Source of the DNA: Ignavibacteria bacterium CG2_30_36_16
Lineage (GTDB): Bacteria; Bacteroidota; Ignavibacteria; Ignavibacteriales; Ignavibacteriaceae
Direction: 5' to 3'
Length of the DNA: 64,000 nt
NCBI GenBank assembly: GCA_001873185.1
Contig: MNYQ01000136.1
Location: forward strand, 401-64,400
The translations under genes were made by a program, and so were the position numbers. Below, in pieces: positions 10,361-20,661 of the stretch (its first letter is position 1; each line of letters begins with the position of its first letter). The notes beneath the pieces were generated by a model. That model searched no databases, was not told the DNA's origin, and saw nothing but the letters and a program-made list of their open reading frames with translations.

Positions 10361-13300
10361 ATGTTAACCCCGCATCAGCAAGCTGCATTAAATATTGATA
10401 AGCATATCAGCCTTACGGCAAATGCCGGCTCCGGTAAAACATTTGTGCTTTCGAAAAGGTATCTTGAAATTGCTCTGAAGAAAGAAGTTTCGCTGCGCAA
10501 TATTGCAGCAATCACTTTTACAGATAAAGCGGCAAGTGAACTTTATAAAAAAATTGCAAACGAAATTGAAGCAAAAATGGCGGAGACTGTCGAACCAAAA
10601 TTAAAACGCAAATTGGAAATTTTACGGCGGCAGTTAGTCTCTGCAAACATCTCAACCATTCATTCTTTCTGTATTGATATACTGCGGCAGTTTCCCGTTG
10701 AAGCAGGAATTGACGCAAACTTTACACCTATTGATGAAACGGCTTCAAATGAACTTGTGGAGCTTAGCATTGAGGACATTATAAATCATAAGTTAAACAA
10801 TCACGGCGATGAGGAACTAAAAAATTTAATTCGATTATTCGGTTCCAAAACTGCGTTTTCTAAACAATTATTTTATTTAATCAAAAACAGAAAAAATGTT
10901 TTAACCTGCGCCGATAATATTTACAGAAAAGACGTACCCGGGATAGCGGAGTTTTTTAATTCGTCGTTTAATTATCAGCTTCAAGAAATCGTTAAAGGAT
11001 TTGAAGAAGAATTAATCAACAGTATTAGAAGAATAAATGATAGCGTTTTGGCTATTAAGGCAGACAATGAAACCGGACTTAAAATCGCTTCTTCTCTCGC
11101 TGAGCTTACACCGGATTTAAATGTGATCGAAAAACTCTTTCGCTTCAAACAAATAATGGGTTCGATTTGCACAGATAAAGGGACGGTTAAAATAAGGGGT
11201 TATTTTAAAGATGAGTTCAATAGGTTCGCAAAAGAAAAAAGGTCTGTTGAAAAAACCAACTCCTTATTAAAGCAGTTTGAGTTTGAATATGAATTTAAAA
11301 AAATAAATAATGCGCTTGCAAAATTTGGCAAAGATGTGTTAAATATTTTTTCTGAAACAGCTGCTTTATATAATATAAAGAAAACCGAAAACGGCTATTT
11401 GGATTTTGAAGACATTCTACTGCTGACTCAAAATATTATTTTGCACAGTGATGTTCGCAATTACTTAAGCAGTCAATACAAATATATAATGATTGACGAG
11501 TACCAGGATACAAACGAACTCCAGTATAATATTTTTCTTCCGATACTTGACGGATTGAGAAAAAATAATTTGTTTGTTGTGGGCGACGAGAAACAAAGTA
11601 TTTACATGTTTAGAGATGCCGAACTTGAAGTGTTCCGTCGAACTAAAAATGATATTAAAAATAGTTCCGGAAGTGAGCAGCTTTTATCTTTGCCCGATAG
11701 TTTCAGAATGTCGCCGGCAATTTGCTTGTTCACAAATACTTTATTCGGAAATCTTTTTCAAAATCCTCATCCCCGTTTTAATGAAGTTGCCCACTCGGAT
11801 TTAGTTTGCGCTCGTAGTGACGAAATGCCGGGCAGTGTAGAATTGCTTGCGGTTAAAAAAGAAAAAACGGAAAATGATGAAGCGGAAATTGAATTTCCGG
11901 AAGCCGAACTTACTGCAAAAAAAATTATTCAAATTAGAAATGCTGATGCCGCAAACTGGAACGATATTGCAATTTTATGCCGAAAGCGTAAACCGTTTGC
12001 AGAACTTGAAAAGGTTTTTATAAGATATAAAATCCCGTTCACAATCATTGGCGGGAAAGGATTCTACCAGCGGCAATCTATTTACGATATTTACAACTAC
12101 TTTTCTTTTTTGTTGGACAACGGAAATGATACAGCATTGGTTGGTATTCTCCGCTCCCCTTTTTTCACTATATCCGATACCGAAATTTATAAGCTTTCAT
12201 TAATTGAGGGAAATAATTACTTCGATAAACTGAAAACAAAGGCGCAAAGCGAATTTAAATTTAAAAACATTTTGGCGCTGCTTCAAAATAATGTTTTGCT
12301 TTCAAGAAATTCTGACATTCCTTTGCTCCTTAGAAAAATTTTGGATGAGACCGGATACATTTCTGTGCTCGCATCACGTAAAAACGGCGTGCAGGAAACC
12401 GCAAACATTAATAAACTTATAAAACTTACAATTCAGTTTAATGCGAAGGGTTTTAAAACATTATACGATTACGTTAACTGGTTAAAAGAATCTATCGAAT
12501 CTTTTGAAGATGAAGCGCAAGCTGCTCTTGCCGATGATTCTAACTCGGTGAATATAATGACAGTCCATCAGTCGAAGGGTTTAGAATATCCCTACGTGTT
12601 TCTTTACAAATGTGCTGATACGGCACAAAGCAATTCGGTAAAAGCAAAGCAAATTAGAATTGATAAAAATTTTGGGCTGCTCACAAAACTCCCGCTTGAT
12701 GACAATTATTTCGGCGATTATCAATCGGCTCCGATAATTTCCGTTGTAGATTATATTAATAAAAGAAAAAACTTAGCTGAGCTAAAAAGATTGTTTTACG
12801 TTGCAGTAACCCGCGCAAAAGATCATTTGATAATTTCTTCCGAAGTTACGGATAAACTGCCTAATGAAGATTCTTTTATTGGACTTCTAAGAGATGGATT
12901 GGAAATAGATTTTAACGAGGAAAAACTTCATCTTTCGGGAAACTTAAATTATTTGATAAATGAAAATGGATTTAAAAACATCACCAAAGCTTTATCAATT
13001 GATATCCCTATTTTAAAAGAAATTATATGCGAACCAAAAGATGAGCGGGAAGAAGATGAAATAAAAGAAATTCACAATTATTACATTAACCCTATTGATG
13101 ATTTGCCTTCGAATGAGATAATCTCTGCAACCAAAGTTGCTGTGTTCGCGCAATGTCCGGTAAAATATCAGCTAACATATGATTACGGTTTTACAAAAAT
13201 CATAAGCGATTATAAAAACTGGAAAAGCAAAAACACTCCGCTTAAAGGTAAGTTTGATTTTAATCCTGCCGAAGATGTTTCGCAGAATGAAGATGATGAA

Positions 13301-13942
13301 CATCAACCAAATTTTGCTGATGTAAAAGGGAGGATCATCCACAATGTTTTACAAAAAAATATTCCCTCAGTAAATTTGGAAAATTTTGTCGATTCGGCGA
13401 TTCATCGCGAGATTGACGTTTTAACCTATGACGTGATTGCAGCGGCAAAGATGAAAGAAGAAATAATTAACAATTTAAAAGGATTTTTTCTCTCGGAGGC
13501 TCATAAAAAATTAAGTGAATATAAAAATTACTTTAACGAATACGAGGTATATATAAAAGAAAACGATTATTTCCTCTACGGGATAATTGATAAACTTATT
13601 ATTGACGACAACAAAATCATAATTGTAGACTATAAAACAGATGACATCGCGCCCTCAGATATTCCTGAAAGGGCTGCAAATTATTTAATTCAATTGAAAT
13701 TTTATTCATATATTGCATACAGGTTATTACAAAATTTTGATAAAATTATTTTAAAATTAGTATTTATTAAACACCCGGATGAAAATGTAGAAATCATTTT
13801 ATTGCCGGAACAAATATCGGGAATAGGTGAGGAAATTAGATTGATGACTAAGGCTGTCCGTTCCGGTGAATACATAAAAAACATAAACCATTGCAGCAAA
13901 TGTTTATTCTCGCTGAACAATAAAGATTGTATTAAAGAGTAA
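10361..13942 (+). CDS. UvrD/Rep-family helicase fused to a PD-(D/E)XK nuclease (AddA-like) with a 4-Cys iron-staple-type nuclease domain
   Basis: Walker A is ANAGSGKTF. Other helicase motifs are DEYQDTN, VGDEKQSIY, TVHQSKGLEY and FYVAVTRAK. The C-terminal nuclease shows GIIDKLI...VDYKTD, and the cysteines sit at AQCPVKY plus CSKC-X8-C. Confidence 0.88.
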   Translation: MLTPHQQAALNIDKHISLTANAGSGKTFVLSKRYLEIALKKEVSLRNIAAITFTDKAASELYKKIANEIEAKMAETVEPKLKRKLEILRRQLVSANISTIHSFCIDILRQFPVEAGIDANFTPIDETASNELVELSIEDIINHKLNNHGDEELKNLIRLFGSKTAFSKQLFYLIKNRKNVLTCADNIYRKDVPGIAEFFNSSFNYQLQEIVKGFEEELINSIRRINDSVLAIKADNETGLKIASSLAELTPDLNVIEKLFRFKQIMGSICTDKGTVKIRGYFKDEFNRFAKEKRSVEKTNSLLKQFEFEYEFKKINNALAKFGKDVLNIFSETAALYNIKKTENGYLDFEDILLLTQNIILHSDVRNYLSSQYKYIMIDEYQDTNELQYNIFLPILDGLRKNNLFVVGDEKQSIYMFRDAELEVFRRTKNDIKNSSGSEQLLSLPDSFRMSPAICLFTNTLFGNLFQNPHPRFNEVAHSDLVCARSDEMPGSVELLAVKKEKTENDEAEIEFPEAELTAKKIIQIRNADAANWNDIAILCRKRKPFAELEKVFIRYKIPFTIIGGKGFYQRQSIYDIYNYFSFLLDNGNDTALVGILRSPFFTISDTEIYKLSLIEGNNYFDKLKTKAQSEFKFKNILALLQNNVLLSRNSDIPLLLRKILDETGYISVLASRKNGVQETANINKLIKLTIQFNAKGFKTLYDYVNWLKESIESFEDEAQAALADDSNSVNIMTVHQSKGLEYPYVFLYKCADTAQSNSVKAKQIRIDKNFGLLTKLPLDDNYFGDYQSAPIISVVDYINKRKNLAELKRLFYVAVTRAKDHLIISSEVTDKLPNEDSFIGLLRDGLEIDFNEEKLHLSGNLNYLINENGFKNITKALSIDIPILKEIICEPKDEREEDEIKEIHNYYINPIDDLPSNEIISATKVAVFAQCPVKYQLTYDYGFTKIISDYKNWKSKNTPLKGKFDFNPAEDVSQNEDDEHQPNFADVKGRIIHNVLQKNIPSVNLENFVDSAIHREIDVLTYDVIAAAKMKEEIINNLKGFFLSEAHKKLSEYKNYFNEYEVYIKENDYFLYGIIDKLIIDDNKIIIVDYKTDDIAPSDIPERAANYLIQLKFYSYIAYRLLQNFDKIILKLVFIKHPDENVEIILLPEQISGIGEEIRLMTKAVRSGEYIKNINHCSKCLFSLNNKDCIKE

Positions 13943-13956
13943 TAAATTAAAATCTT

Positions 13957-14418
13957 ATGCTTAAATATGTAAAACAAATCAGAGAATTAGATTTAATCGA
14001 AAAGGAACTTAATTATATCGACGCAGGCTTGCTCGCTTTTAGTTCTGAAGAAGAAGAAAAAATAATTCATTTGCCTTCAACTTTTTTATACCATGATAAA
14101 AATATCTACCTGTTTATTTTTAGCGAAGAAATTTTAGAGAAGGTGGTTTTTGGTGCACCCGCAAGATTTACTACTCTAAGAACGGATAAACATAAAAGAA
14201 ACAAAAAAGACACTGAACATAAATACGAGTTCTTCTCTGTAAGTGTAAAAGGTTCCGTTAAAAAAGTTGATGACCCAAAAACTTTTGACGAAGTAAAGAA
14301 AAAGTATCTCGATAAATATACTTCCAACTCCTCCGATGAAGAGAATACTCTATCAATGGATAATTTGATTATAATCGATTCTGAAGAAATTCAGGCATTA
14401 GAAGAAAAAGGAGGTTGA
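13957..14418 (+). CDS. Hypothetical protein (153 aa)
   Basis: The ORF fills the gap between two genes and its end overlaps the next start by 4 nt. I recognised no motif. Confidence 0.5.
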   Translation: MLKYVKQIRELDLIEKELNYIDAGLLAFSSEEEEKIIHLPSTFLYHDKNIYLFIFSEEILEKVVFGAPARFTTLRTDKHKRNKKDTEHKYEFFSVSVKGSVKKVDDPKTFDEVKKKYLDKYTSNSSDEENTLSMDNLIIIDSEEIQALEEKGG

Positions 14419-15446
14419 TATTGCGGCTGTTTTTACTATTACTTTTTGCCGCCCTTTTTTTTGCAGGATGTTCGAGCAGCGTGTATTATGAATTCCCGGT
14501 TGATTTAAAAAACTCAGAACTTAAAGCCGGGTTTCTAAAAAAATATTCTCCTTACTTAAATGGGAAAAAGATATTCGTTGATCCCGGACACGGCGGAGGA
14601 GACAGAAGAAGCGTGGGTATTAATAAACTTACAACGGAAGCGGATGCAAATTTAAGAGTAGCGCTGGCGTTAAGAAATTTCCTACTCGAAGCAGGCGCTG
14701 TTGTTTTTATGTCACGAGATAAAGATGCAACTGTGGACTTAAAAGAACGCTCCTATATGGCTAACAAAAGCGGCGCAGATGTTTTTATAAGCATCCATCA
14801 TAACGCGCCGGGAGGCGATAAAGATTACTGGACTAATTACACATCAACATATTACCACGCTAAAGAAACCGATTATGAATATGAACCGAACGAAAGAGAT
14901 TTAGCACGTTTTGTTCAACGTGATATGGCTTATGCAATGCGTAACTCCGGAGGTCTCGGTTCTTTTGACGGAACATATTCTGATTACTGGATCTATCCCG
15001 GCAACGGATTTTCTGTTCTGCGTGTTACAGAAATTCCGTCTATACTTGTTGAGTGCGGCTTCTTTACAAATGCACACGAAGAAGCCCGAATTTCAGATGA
15101 GAAGTTTAATAAAATTCAAGCGTGGGGAATATTTAGAGGCATCGCACGTTATTTTGCTGCTGGAATTCCGGAAGTAAAACCTGTGAATGAAAAATCTTTT
15201 TATGCAGCCGGAGATGTTAAATTAAAATATTCGTTAATTGATTCGGCAGGAATAGATCAATCAAAAATCCGTGTTTTGTTCGATAGTTTAGACGTTGTGG
15301 GCGTTCAATTCAATAACCGAAATAATGAACTGACTGTCGATCTGCCTTCCGTAAAAGAAGGTGAATACGAACTGAAAATTATCGCCGCAAATAAATACGG
15401 CAACCATAATTTCCCTTACAAGAAAAAAATTAAAATTATTCATTAA
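14415..15446 (+). CDS. N-acetylmuramoyl-L-alanine amidase (Amidase_3), lipoprotein
   Basis: Lipobox FFAGC, plus the motifs VDPGHGGGD, SIHHNA and VECGFFTN. Confidence 0.88.
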   Translation: MILRLFLLLLFAALFFAGCSSSVYYEFPVDLKNSELKAGFLKKYSPYLNGKKIFVDPGHGGGDRRSVGINKLTTEADANLRVALALRNFLLEAGAVVFMSRDKDATVDLKERSYMANKSGADVFISIHHNAPGGDKDYWTNYTSTYYHAKETDYEYEPNERDLARFVQRDMAYAMRNSGGLGSFDGTYSDYWIYPGNGFSVLRVTEIPSILVECGFFTNAHEEARISDEKFNKIQAWGIFRGIARYFAAGIPEVKPVNEKSFYAAGDVKLKYSLIDSAGIDQSKIRVLFDSLDVVGVQFNNRNNELTVDLPSVKEGEYELKIIAANKYGNHNFPYKKKIKIIH

Positions 15447-15463
15447 ACATAGAGAGCTGATTA

Positions 15464-17095
15464 ATGCTTAATTATGTATGGCTGGCTTTGCTTATTCTCG
15501 GAATAGGCGCCGCGGTTACAACCGATGTAATAAATCAAAGCAAAAACAAATACCGCAATAACGAACCTATCCCTGTGAAGATTCTATTCAGTTCACCCTA
15601 CGAAAAAAATAAAGACACTTCTTATGCAACTACTGTCATTATTAAAAATTCAGATTTTAATAAATTCTACTCAGAAAAAGTTGATAACGATGTAGTTTTC
15701 CCTGCGCGCATTTCTGTAAATACAAAAGAAGGCAAGAAATCTTTATTCTTTAATATTAATGACAAAAGTCCAAAAATATTTAAAGAAATTGCTGGCGTAA
15801 CAGGAGATGATGATGATATAACCGGTAAAATCAGGTTTTCACATTTCAGCGGCGATTCGCTTGCGCAGGGTTTTATTATTCTTGAAGAAGTTTCTTTTAC
15901 AAAATTAAAAGACGTAACTAATTCGGCGCTTAGCTACGCTTCTACAGCCGTCAATATTGCTATCGGTTTAATTGGCATAATGGCTCTTTGGCTCGGTGTA
16001 ATGAAGGTTGCCGAGGAAGCCGGGCTTATCAGCATTATTGCACGCTGGCTAAAACCTGTAACTACAAAACTTTTCCCCGACGTTCCAGCCGATCATCCGG
16101 CAATGGGTTCGATGATAATGAACATTTCTGCAAACATGCTCGGGCTTGGCAACGCTGCTACTCCATTTGGATTAAAGGCAATGGAAGAACTTGATAAACT
16201 CAACCCCAACAAAGGCACCGCAACAAATGCGATGGTAACATTTCTTGCAATCAACACGGCAGGTATGACTTTGATACCCGCAACAGCAATAGCCATACGC
16301 GCATCAGCAGGCAGTTCCGATCCGGCAATCATAATTGGGACTTCTTTATTCGGCGCTTTTTGTGCAACAGTAATGGGATTAACATCAGCAAAAATTTTAG
16401 AAAAGTTTCCAATCAAAAAAGGTGAATTCGGCGCCTGGTTAAGGAGTAACTTAAAAGGCTTTCTTGTTTTTATAAGTTTAATTTTAATCGCTGCTCTAAT
16501 TATATTAACCGGGCTTGGCTCGCTTCTCGGCTCGGTTTTTAATTTTGTAACTCCCGATTTATTCAAATCCGTAATTCAATTCTTTTCGATAATTGCTATA
16601 CCATTTTTAATAATTGTATTTATTGGATACGGAGCAATAAAAAAAATTAAAGTTTATGAGCAATTTGTAGAAGGAGCAAAAGAAGGATTTCAAATTGCAG
16701 TTAGAATTATTCCTTACCTGGTTGCTATGCTTGTGGCAATCGGAATTTTTCGTGCTGGCGGTGCAATGGAATGGTTAATATATATTTTAAGACCTCTCAC
16801 CGATTTTGTTGGTATGCCAGCAGAGGCTCTGCCGATGGCTCTTATGCGCCCTTTATCGGGCAGCGGTTCTCTTGGTATTATGGCGGAAATACTTTCAGTT
16901 CACGGACCCGATTCGTTCATAGGAATTTTAGTATCAACATTTTTTGGAAGCACTGAAACCACATTTTACGTTCTCGCCGTTTACTTTGGTGCAGTGAATA
17001 TTAAAAATACACGGCATGCTCTTCCCGCTGGATTAATCGCCGATGTATCCGGTATTCTCGGGGCAGTTTTTATTGTCAGATTATTATTCGGTTAA
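15464..17095 (+). CDS. Nucleoside-recognition (Gate) domain membrane protein, fused SpmA/SpmB-like
   Basis: 543 aa. The N-terminus MLNYVWLALLILGI and two polytopic halves are typical of SpmA followed by SpmB. Confidence 0.8.
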   Translation: MLNYVWLALLILGIGAAVTTDVINQSKNKYRNNEPIPVKILFSSPYEKNKDTSYATTVIIKNSDFNKFYSEKVDNDVVFPARISVNTKEGKKSLFFNINDKSPKIFKEIAGVTGDDDDITGKIRFSHFSGDSLAQGFIILEEVSFTKLKDVTNSALSYASTAVNIAIGLIGIMALWLGVMKVAEEAGLISIIARWLKPVTTKLFPDVPADHPAMGSMIMNISANMLGLGNAATPFGLKAMEELDKLNPNKGTATNAMVTFLAINTAGMTLIPATAIAIRASAGSSDPAIIIGTSLFGAFCATVMGLTSAKILEKFPIKKGEFGAWLRSNLKGFLVFISLILIAALIILTGLGSLLGSVFNFVTPDLFKSVIQFFSIIAIPFLIIVFIGYGAIKKIKVYEQFVEGAKEGFQIAVRIIPYLVAMLVAIGIFRAGGAMEWLIYILRPLTDFVGMPAEALPMALMRPLSGSGSLGIMAEILSVHGPDSFIGILVSTFFGSTETTFYVLAVYFGAVNIKNTRHALPAGLIADVSGILGAVFIVRLLFG

Positions 17096-17096
17096 T

Positions 17097-18050
17097 ATGA
17101 AAATTTTTATAACCCGTTCCATCCCTCATGAAGGGATTACTTTATTAAGAGAGAAGGGATTCACGGTCACGGTTTATAATGAAGACAAACCGATTCCACG
17201 CGAGGAGTTTATAAGCAAAGCAAAAAATGCTGACGGAATTATTTCTTTGTTAACAGACAAGATTGATAAAGAAGTGATTAACAAATTGAATAGATGCAAA
17301 ATTATTGCTAACTATGCGGTCGGATTTAACAATATAGATTTCAAATACGCTTTTAAAAAAGGAATTGTAGTAACAAATACGCCTGATGTTTTAACTGACT
17401 CTACCGCAGACCTTGCAATGGCTCTCATCTTAGCATGCACACGCCGTATTGTTGAAGCGGATAAATATATACGGGGCAGAAAATTCGTTGGCTGGAAGCC
17501 AAAACTTCTTCTCGGAATAGAACTCAAAGAAAAAGTAATCGGCATTCTCGGAGCCGGTAGAATTGGAGAAGCTGTTGCTATTCGCGCTAAATCGTTCGGA
17601 ACAAAAATTTTATATTTTGATAGTAAGCGAAATGCAAGACTTGAAAAATCAACGAGCGCAAAAAAAGTTTCACTTACTAAGTTGTTGAAAGAATCAGATA
17701 TTATTTCGCTCCATCTTCCATTTAATGAAGATACTTATCATACTCTAAATAAAGAAAAATTATCACTGCTTAAAAAATCGGCGGTGCTAATTAATACTGC
17801 ACGCGGCGAACTAGTTGATGAAAAACATCTTATTAAAATGTTACAAACTAAAAATTTGCTTGCTGCCGGGTTTGATGTTTATGAGGGCGAACCTGTAATT
17901 AATTCCGAATTGTTGAAACTTGAAAACGTAGTTTTGTTGCCTCACATCGGCAGCGCAACAAAAGAAGCAAGAGGCAGGATGAGTTTACTTGCTGCAAAAA
18001 ATATTATAGCTGTTTTATCAGGTAGAAAACCGCTAACTCCGGTGTATTAA
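17097..18050 (+). CDS. D-isomer-specific 2-hydroxyacid dehydrogenase (glyoxylate/hydroxypyruvate reductase-like)
   Basis: NAD fold GILGAGRIGEAVA, with the catalytic contexts NTARGELVD and PHIGSAT. The true start is ATG 17097; the track's 17043 start overlaps the previous gene. Confidence 0.88.
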   Translation: MKIFITRSIPHEGITLLREKGFTVTVYNEDKPIPREEFISKAKNADGIISLLTDKIDKEVINKLNRCKIIANYAVGFNNIDFKYAFKKGIVVTNTPDVLTDSTADLAMALILACTRRIVEADKYIRGRKFVGWKPKLLLGIELKEKVIGILGAGRIGEAVAIRAKSFGTKILYFDSKRNARLEKSTSAKKVSLTKLLKESDIISLHLPFNEDTYHTLNKEKLSLLKKSAVLINTARGELVDEKHLIKMLQTKNLLAAGFDVYEGEPVINSELLKLENVVLLPHIGSATKEARGRMSLLAAKNIIAVLSGRKPLTPVY

Positions 18051-18133
18051 TTTCAAAGCAATAAGATTTTTCCGGTTGAAAATCATATTTTTAATCAATA
18101 CCTTTTAAGTAGAAAATAAAGGCAAAATGCAAC

Positions 18134-19255
18134 ATGAGAATTGGAATACCAACGGAAACAACACATGAAGAAAAAAGAGTGGGTTTGGCTCCTGCCGGAG
18201 TTGACGCTCTAATTCGCTCCGGTCATACAGTTTACATACAAAGCTGCGCGGGTATTGGCAGCCACTTCAGCGATGAAGACTATAGAAAAACTGGTGCAAA
18301 CATCGTCTATAGTGCAGAAGAAGTTTTTCTGCGCTCCGAAATGGTAGTTAAAGTTGCGCCGTTTTCCGATGCGGAAGCAGAACTTCTTCAAGAAAACCAA
18401 ACTCTTTTTTCATTCCTCCATTTAGCGGTTGGAAAGAAAAACATAATTGAAGCGCTTCTGAAAAAGAAAATCACAGCGATTGGTTACGAACTTATTGAAG
18501 ATGAACAAGGTTTACCGGTGCTTCAATCTATGAGTGAAATTGCCGGTCAACTTTCAATTCAGGTGGCTGAGCGGTATCTCGAATCTAATTTGCACGGCGG
18601 CAGAGGAATACTACTTGGCGGAATAACCGGCGTTGCGCCTGCTGCCGTTGTTATTCTTGGCGCGGGCGTAGTTGGAACGACTGCTGCAAAAGCAGCTCTC
18701 GGAAGAGGCGCTCAAGTTATTGTTCTTGATAAAGACCTGACCCGTTTAAGAGCAATAACCAATACTTTCCGTCAGAAAGTTACTACTGTTGTAGCAAATC
18801 CATATACAATTTCGCGCGGTGTAAAATTCGCTGATGTTTTAATTGGCGCTGTTTTAATTAAAGGAATTAAAGCACCAAGCATTGTTACCGAAGAAATGGT
18901 TAAAACAATGAAGAAAGGGGCTGTTATAGTCGATGCATCAATAGATCAGGGCGGTTGTATTGAGACAAGCCGTATCACGTCAATTTCTGACCCTGTTTAC
19001 ACATCACATGATGTTATACATTATTGTGTGCCCAATATGCCTGCATTAGTTTCACGCACTGCAAGTTACGGATTGAATAATGCTGCGCTAAATTATATTC
19101 AGAACATTGCTGATAACGGAACGGAAAATGCTCTCAGAAATGACGAAGGTCTTGCAAGCGGCGTATGCGCTTACTCAGGTTATTGTTCAAATGAAGCTCT
19201 TGCTAATACTTTCGATTTAGAATACAGAAGATTAAGAATCTTCTCAACCAATTAA
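18134..19255 (+). CDS. ald: Alanine dehydrogenase
   Basis: 373 aa with an AlaDH/PNT N-terminus (MRIGIPTE..EKRV) and the NAD fold VVILGAGVVGTTAA. Confidence 0.88.
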   Translation: MRIGIPTETTHEEKRVGLAPAGVDALIRSGHTVYIQSCAGIGSHFSDEDYRKTGANIVYSAEEVFLRSEMVVKVAPFSDAEAELLQENQTLFSFLHLAVGKKNIIEALLKKKITAIGYELIEDEQGLPVLQSMSEIAGQLSIQVAERYLESNLHGGRGILLGGITGVAPAAVVILGAGVVGTTAAKAALGRGAQVIVLDKDLTRLRAITNTFRQKVTTVVANPYTISRGVKFADVLIGAVLIKGIKAPSIVTEEMVKTMKKGAVIVDASIDQGGCIETSRITSISDPVYTSHDVIHYCVPNMPALVSRTASYGLNNAALNYIQNIADNGTENALRNDEGLASGVCAYSGYCSNEALANTFDLEYRRLRIFSTN

Positions 19256-19305
19256 AGACTAATTATTAACGAAGGCGCACATGCGCCGGAACTAAAAGTG
19301 ATGAT

Positions 19306-20658
19306 ATGACAGCAACTGAAGAAATAAAAAGATCTCAAATCCCGACTCATCTTTTAACAATTTACAACCAAAAAGTTGTTTCTGCGGATGATGCGGTTAA
19401 AATAGTTAAGTCGGGCGACAACATTTTGTGCCATTCCAATTGCGCTTTTCCTACTGTGCTAATGGAAGCGCTCGTAAAAAGGAAAGATGAACTGAGAGAT
19501 GTTGTGATAATTCATGCGCTCTCGGTTGGTAATCTTTCATACTTACAACCCGGGATGGAAACGTCATTCCGGCACAACGCATTTTTTATTGGCTCAAATG
19601 CACGCAGAGCAGTTGGTGAAGGAAGAGCTGACTTCACTCCAATCTTTCTTTATGAAACTCCCCTTCTCTTTTCGAAGGGTTACATAAATCTCGATGTTGC
19701 ATTAATTAATGTTTCGCCCCCCGACGAGCACGGCTTTTGTAGTTTGGGAGTTGAAGTAGGTCTAACCAAAACCGGCGCGGAGAAAGCAAAAGTAGTTATA
19801 GCACAAGTTAATCCAAAGATGCCCCGTTCTCTTGGCGACAGTTTTATTCATGTCAATAAATTCAAATATATTGTAGAAGTTGATGAGCCGATTCCTGAAC
19901 TGCTGCAAGGTGACAGAGATTCATCTCCAGAAATAATTGAAATAAATAAAAAGATTGCCTGGAATATTGCAAATATGATTGAGGACGGTTCAACTTTGCA
20001 AATGGGAATCGGGGCAATACCGGATTTCGTTCTTCGTTATCTTGAAGACAGAAAAGGTCTCGGCATTCACTCTGAAATGTTTTCTGACGGTGCGGTTGAA
20101 CTTGTTGAAAAAGGAATTATTACAAATGAAATGAAAACACTTCATCCAGGCAAAATTATCACAGGGTTCGTCCTTGGCACTAAGAGGGTTTATGATTTTA
20201 TAGACAATAATCCTTTGTGCGAGTTCCACAGGCAGGAATATGTTAACGACCCTTTTATAATTGCAAAGAACTACAAAATGGTTGCTATTAATTCGGCGAT
20301 TGAAGTTGACTTAACCGGGCAGGTTTGTTCTGATTCTATCGGGTCAAAATTATTCAGCGGCTTCGGCGGACAGGTAGATTTTATACGGGGCGCTGCACGT
20401 TCGGAAGGAGGTAAACCGATTATTGCTTTACCTTCAACTACAAAAGATTTTAAAATTTCCCGCATCACAGCTCAGTTAAAACCCGGCGCCGGTGTTGTAA
20501 CTTCGCGCGGTGATGTGCACTACGTTGTTACCGAATATGGTGTTGCCCAGTTATTCGGAAAAACTGTGCGCCAAAGAGTTAAATCGCTAATTAACATTGC
20601 TCATCCGAAATTCCGCGATGAATTAGAAAAATACGCTAAGGAAAATAATTATATTTAA
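19306..20658 (+). CDS. Acetyl-CoA hydrolase/transferase family protein (4-hydroxybutyrate CoA-transferase-like)
   Basis: 450 aa with the family motifs LQMGIGAIPD and SGFGGQVDFIRGA. Confidence 0.85.
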   Translation: MTATEEIKRSQIPTHLLTIYNQKVVSADDAVKIVKSGDNILCHSNCAFPTVLMEALVKRKDELRDVVIIHALSVGNLSYLQPGMETSFRHNAFFIGSNARRAVGEGRADFTPIFLYETPLLFSKGYINLDVALINVSPPDEHGFCSLGVEVGLTKTGAEKAKVVIAQVNPKMPRSLGDSFIHVNKFKYIVEVDEPIPELLQGDRDSSPEIIEINKKIAWNIANMIEDGSTLQMGIGAIPDFVLRYLEDRKGLGIHSEMFSDGAVELVEKGIITNEMKTLHPGKIITGFVLGTKRVYDFIDNNPLCEFHRQEYVNDPFIIAKNYKMVAINSAIEVDLTGQVCSDSIGSKLFSGFGGQVDFIRGAARSEGGKPIIALPSTTKDFKISRITAQLKPGAGVVTSRGDVHYVVTEYGVAQLFGKTVRQRVKSLINIAHPKFRDELEKYAKENNYI

Positions 20659-20661
20659 TTG

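Noticed and set aside
17043-17096. Upstream extension of the 2-hydroxyacid dehydrogenase ORF
   Set aside because: It overlaps the end of the preceding membrane-protein gene. The family-typical N-terminus MKIFITR starts at 17097, right after that gene's stop.
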